A stretch of DNA of 64,000 nt. Source: an uncultured Candidatus Binatia bacterium. GTDB lineage: Bacteria > Desulfobacterota > Binatia > UBA9968 > JAJDTQ01. A model generated the notes under the pieces. The model was not told the DNA's origin. It saw nothing but the letters and a program-made list of their open reading frames with translations, and made no database searches. The DNA lies in contig OZ243916.1 in assembly GCA_965213675.1 (NCBI GenBank), forward strand, positions 3,424,001 to 3,488,000, written 5' to 3'. Made by a program: the position numbers and the translations under genes. Shown here piece after piece: positions 62,250 to 64,000 of the stretch (positions are counted from its first letter, which is position 1; the number at the start of each line of letters is the position of its first letter).

Positions 62250-63110
62250 ATGCTGACGAACAAGGTGAGCGAGATCATGACCACCGCGGTGATCACGGCC
62301 GAGCCTTCGAGCTCCATCCGCGAGGTGACGCAGCTCATGGTGGACCGGCGAGTCGGGCGGGTGGTGATTACGGAAAACGACGAGCCCACCGGCATCTTCA
62401 CCGAGCAGGACATCCTGCGCCGGGTCATGAACCGGATTCTTGACGTGCGCGAGACGCCGGTGCGCCGGGTCATGACCACGCCGATCCAGGGAGTGCCGCA
62501 GGGCACGACCATCGTGGACGTGCTGGGCCGGATGTACAAGGGGCGCTACCGGCACCTGCTGGTCTACGGCGACGACAAGCGCATGGTCGGGCTGGTGTCG
62601 ATGCGGCGCGTTCTCAACCTCGTGGTGGAACTTGGCGCGGACATGCGCGACGCCCGCACGGTGGGGGACATCGTGTCCGGCCCGATTCCCACGGTGGAGG
62701 CGCACACCCCCGTCACCGTGGTCATCGACCGTCTGGTGCGCGATCATCTGGGCTGCGTCGTGGTGCTGGCGGACGGCAGCATCGCCGGCATCTTCACCGA
62801 GCGCGACGTGCTGAAGCGGGTCGCCCTGGAGGACCGCGACATGGGGCAGGTGCCGGTAGCCGAGGTGATGACCGCGGAGCCGTTGGTCATGCCGGGCTCG
62901 GCGCCGGTGCAGGAGGTGCTGGGGACCATGCGTGAGAACGGCTTCCGTCATCTCCCGGTGGCGGGCGACGGCGGCGACCTGGCGGGCATTGTCTCCATGG
63001 GCGACGTGGTGCAGTACGCCAAGGCTCTGGATATCGACGACGCCGTGCGCAAGGCCTGGAAGGAGATCGAGGAGTTCTGGGAATCCGAAGAGAACTACAC
63101 GCCGGGATGA
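62250..63110 (+). CDS. Tandem CBS-domain protein (four CBS)
   Basis: Two repeats of GIFTE(Q/R)D(I/V)L...VMT...RHL..GI/LVSM. Confidence 0.9.
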   Translation: MLTNKVSEIMTTAVITAEPSSSIREVTQLMVDRRVGRVVITENDEPTGIFTEQDILRRVMNRILDVRETPVRRVMTTPIQGVPQGTTIVDVLGRMYKGRYRHLLVYGDDKRMVGLVSMRRVLNLVVELGADMRDARTVGDIVSGPIPTVEAHTPVTVVIDRLVRDHLGCVVVLADGSIAGIFTERDVLKRVALEDRDMGQVPVAEVMTAEPLVMPGSAPVQEVLGTMRENGFRHLPVAGDGGDLAGIVSMGDVVQYAKALDIDDAVRKAWKEIEEFWESEENYTPG

Positions 63111-63181
63111 CACCGACCAGCAAATACCCGACCACGGAGCCGGGTTGCGCGGGCGGAAACCGCTGGAAGCCGGTTAAGTAC

Positions 63182-63210
63182 TTGTTTAATTTGGGTTCTT
63201 TTGTTAAGAT
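63182..63210 (+). promoter_or_regulatory. Candidate sigma70 promoter for the oxidoreductase
   Basis: TTGTTT-N17-TAAGAT with TG extension in an AT-rich patch. Confidence 0.45.
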
Positions 63211-63248
63211 TCTCTCCCATCACCATCTCCCCAAAACTGGAGAACCAC

Positions 63249-64000
63249 ATGCCCGTTGTGAACGACCTGAGCATTTGCGTCGCGACCGCCAACGGTTCCG
63301 GAAGTGCTTCGTCCAATAACATCCTGTTCAAGTCCATCTTCAAGATGGGCATTCCCTGCTCCTCCAAGAACATGTTTCCGTCCAACATCCAGGGACTGCC
63401 CACGTGGTATCAGATCCGCGCCAACGCCGACGGCTATCTGGGCCGCAAGGACGTCATCGACGTCATGGTGATGTTTAACGACGACACCGCGGACAAGGAC
63501 ATCTATCGGGTGCGCGACGGCGGTCTGATCATCCATGACGACACCAAGCCGTTGCCCGACCACCTGAAGCGCGACGGCGTTCAGTACGTCGGCGTTCCGG
63601 CCAACGCTCTCGTTCAGAAGCACGTGGACGCGGGGCCGCTGCGCGCCAAGCAGCGCAACATGCTGTACGTGGGCGCCCTCGCGTGGCTCTTCGGCATCGA
63701 CATGGAAACCATCCGCGAGGTGCTCAGCGACACCTTCGGCAACAAGCCCGCGGTCATCGAATCCAACCTTCTCTGTATCCAGCTCGGCTACGACCACATG
63801 CGCGACAACAACCTGAGCCAGTCCCTCGCCATGCTGGAGAAGATTCCGGGCGGCAACGAGGGCAAGATCGTCACCGAGGGCAACACGGCGTGCGCCCTGG
63901 GGGCCATCTACGGCGGGGTTACGTTCTGCGCCTGGTATCCCATTACCCCGTCGAGTTCTCTGGCCGAGGCGCTGGAGCGCTACCTGCCGCGGCTGCGCAA
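63249..64000 (+). CDS. 2-oxoacid:acceptor oxidoreductase alpha subunit, N-terminal part (runs off window edge; not in ORF track)
   Basis: My translation from ATG 63249: MPVVNDLSICVATANGSGSAS...KNMFPSNIQGLPTWY...EGNTACALGAIYGG...WYPITPSSSL. Confidence 0.92.
   Translation, partial: MPVVNDLSICVATANGSGSASSNNILFKSIFKMGIPCSSKNMFPSNIQGLPTWYQIRANADGYLGRKDVIDVMVMFNDDTADKDIYRVRDGGLIIHDDTKPLPDHLKRDGVQYVGVPANALVQKHVDAGPLRAKQRNMLYVGALAWLFGIDMETIREVLSDTFGNKPAVIESNLLCIQLGYDHMRDNNLSQSLAMLEKIPGGNEGKIVTEGNTACALGAIYGGVTFCAWYPITPSSSLAEALERYLPRLR

Overview
GC-rich bacterial window whose gene content and order (kdsB-pyrG-kdsA-kdsD-kdsC-lptCAB-rpoN-ptsN-rapZ-ptsH-metK-ahcY, tldDE, dapL) suggest a deltaproteobacterium-like diderm; the taxonomy is inferred. 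From left to right it holds: a Tad/Flp pilus locus with unusual accessory genes (TPR-SPOR lipoprotein, output-less Cache-HAMP protein, TPR protein); an ammonium transporter; two paralogous DUF3365-like c-heme lipoproteins; housekeeping genes (dapL, folK, trpE/G); a DUF4143 ATPase; an archaeal-type GAPDH-like gene; tldDE; a redox cluster with a probable UGA-recoded OsmC-like selenoprotein; a peptide ABC transporter; a compact three-gene island (MqsR-like toxin, MqsA-like antitoxin, KGGVGR ParA/MinD-type ATPase with helical repeats) with its own sigma70 promoter and operator; a CoxMSL-type molybdoenzyme; the LPS/rpoN/PTS operon with a frameshifted rapZ; metK/ahcY; hemW; and the start of a 2-oxoacid oxidoreductase. 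Intergenic DNA carries at least four families of palindromic miniature elements and a composite dRS3-like/29-bp tandem array. No rRNA, tRNA, CRISPR array or intact transposase was recognised. The top candidates for novelty are the TA-ATPase tripartite operon, the hidden selenoprotein and the arm-swapping hairpin elements. All calls come from reading motifs by eye; no searches were run.
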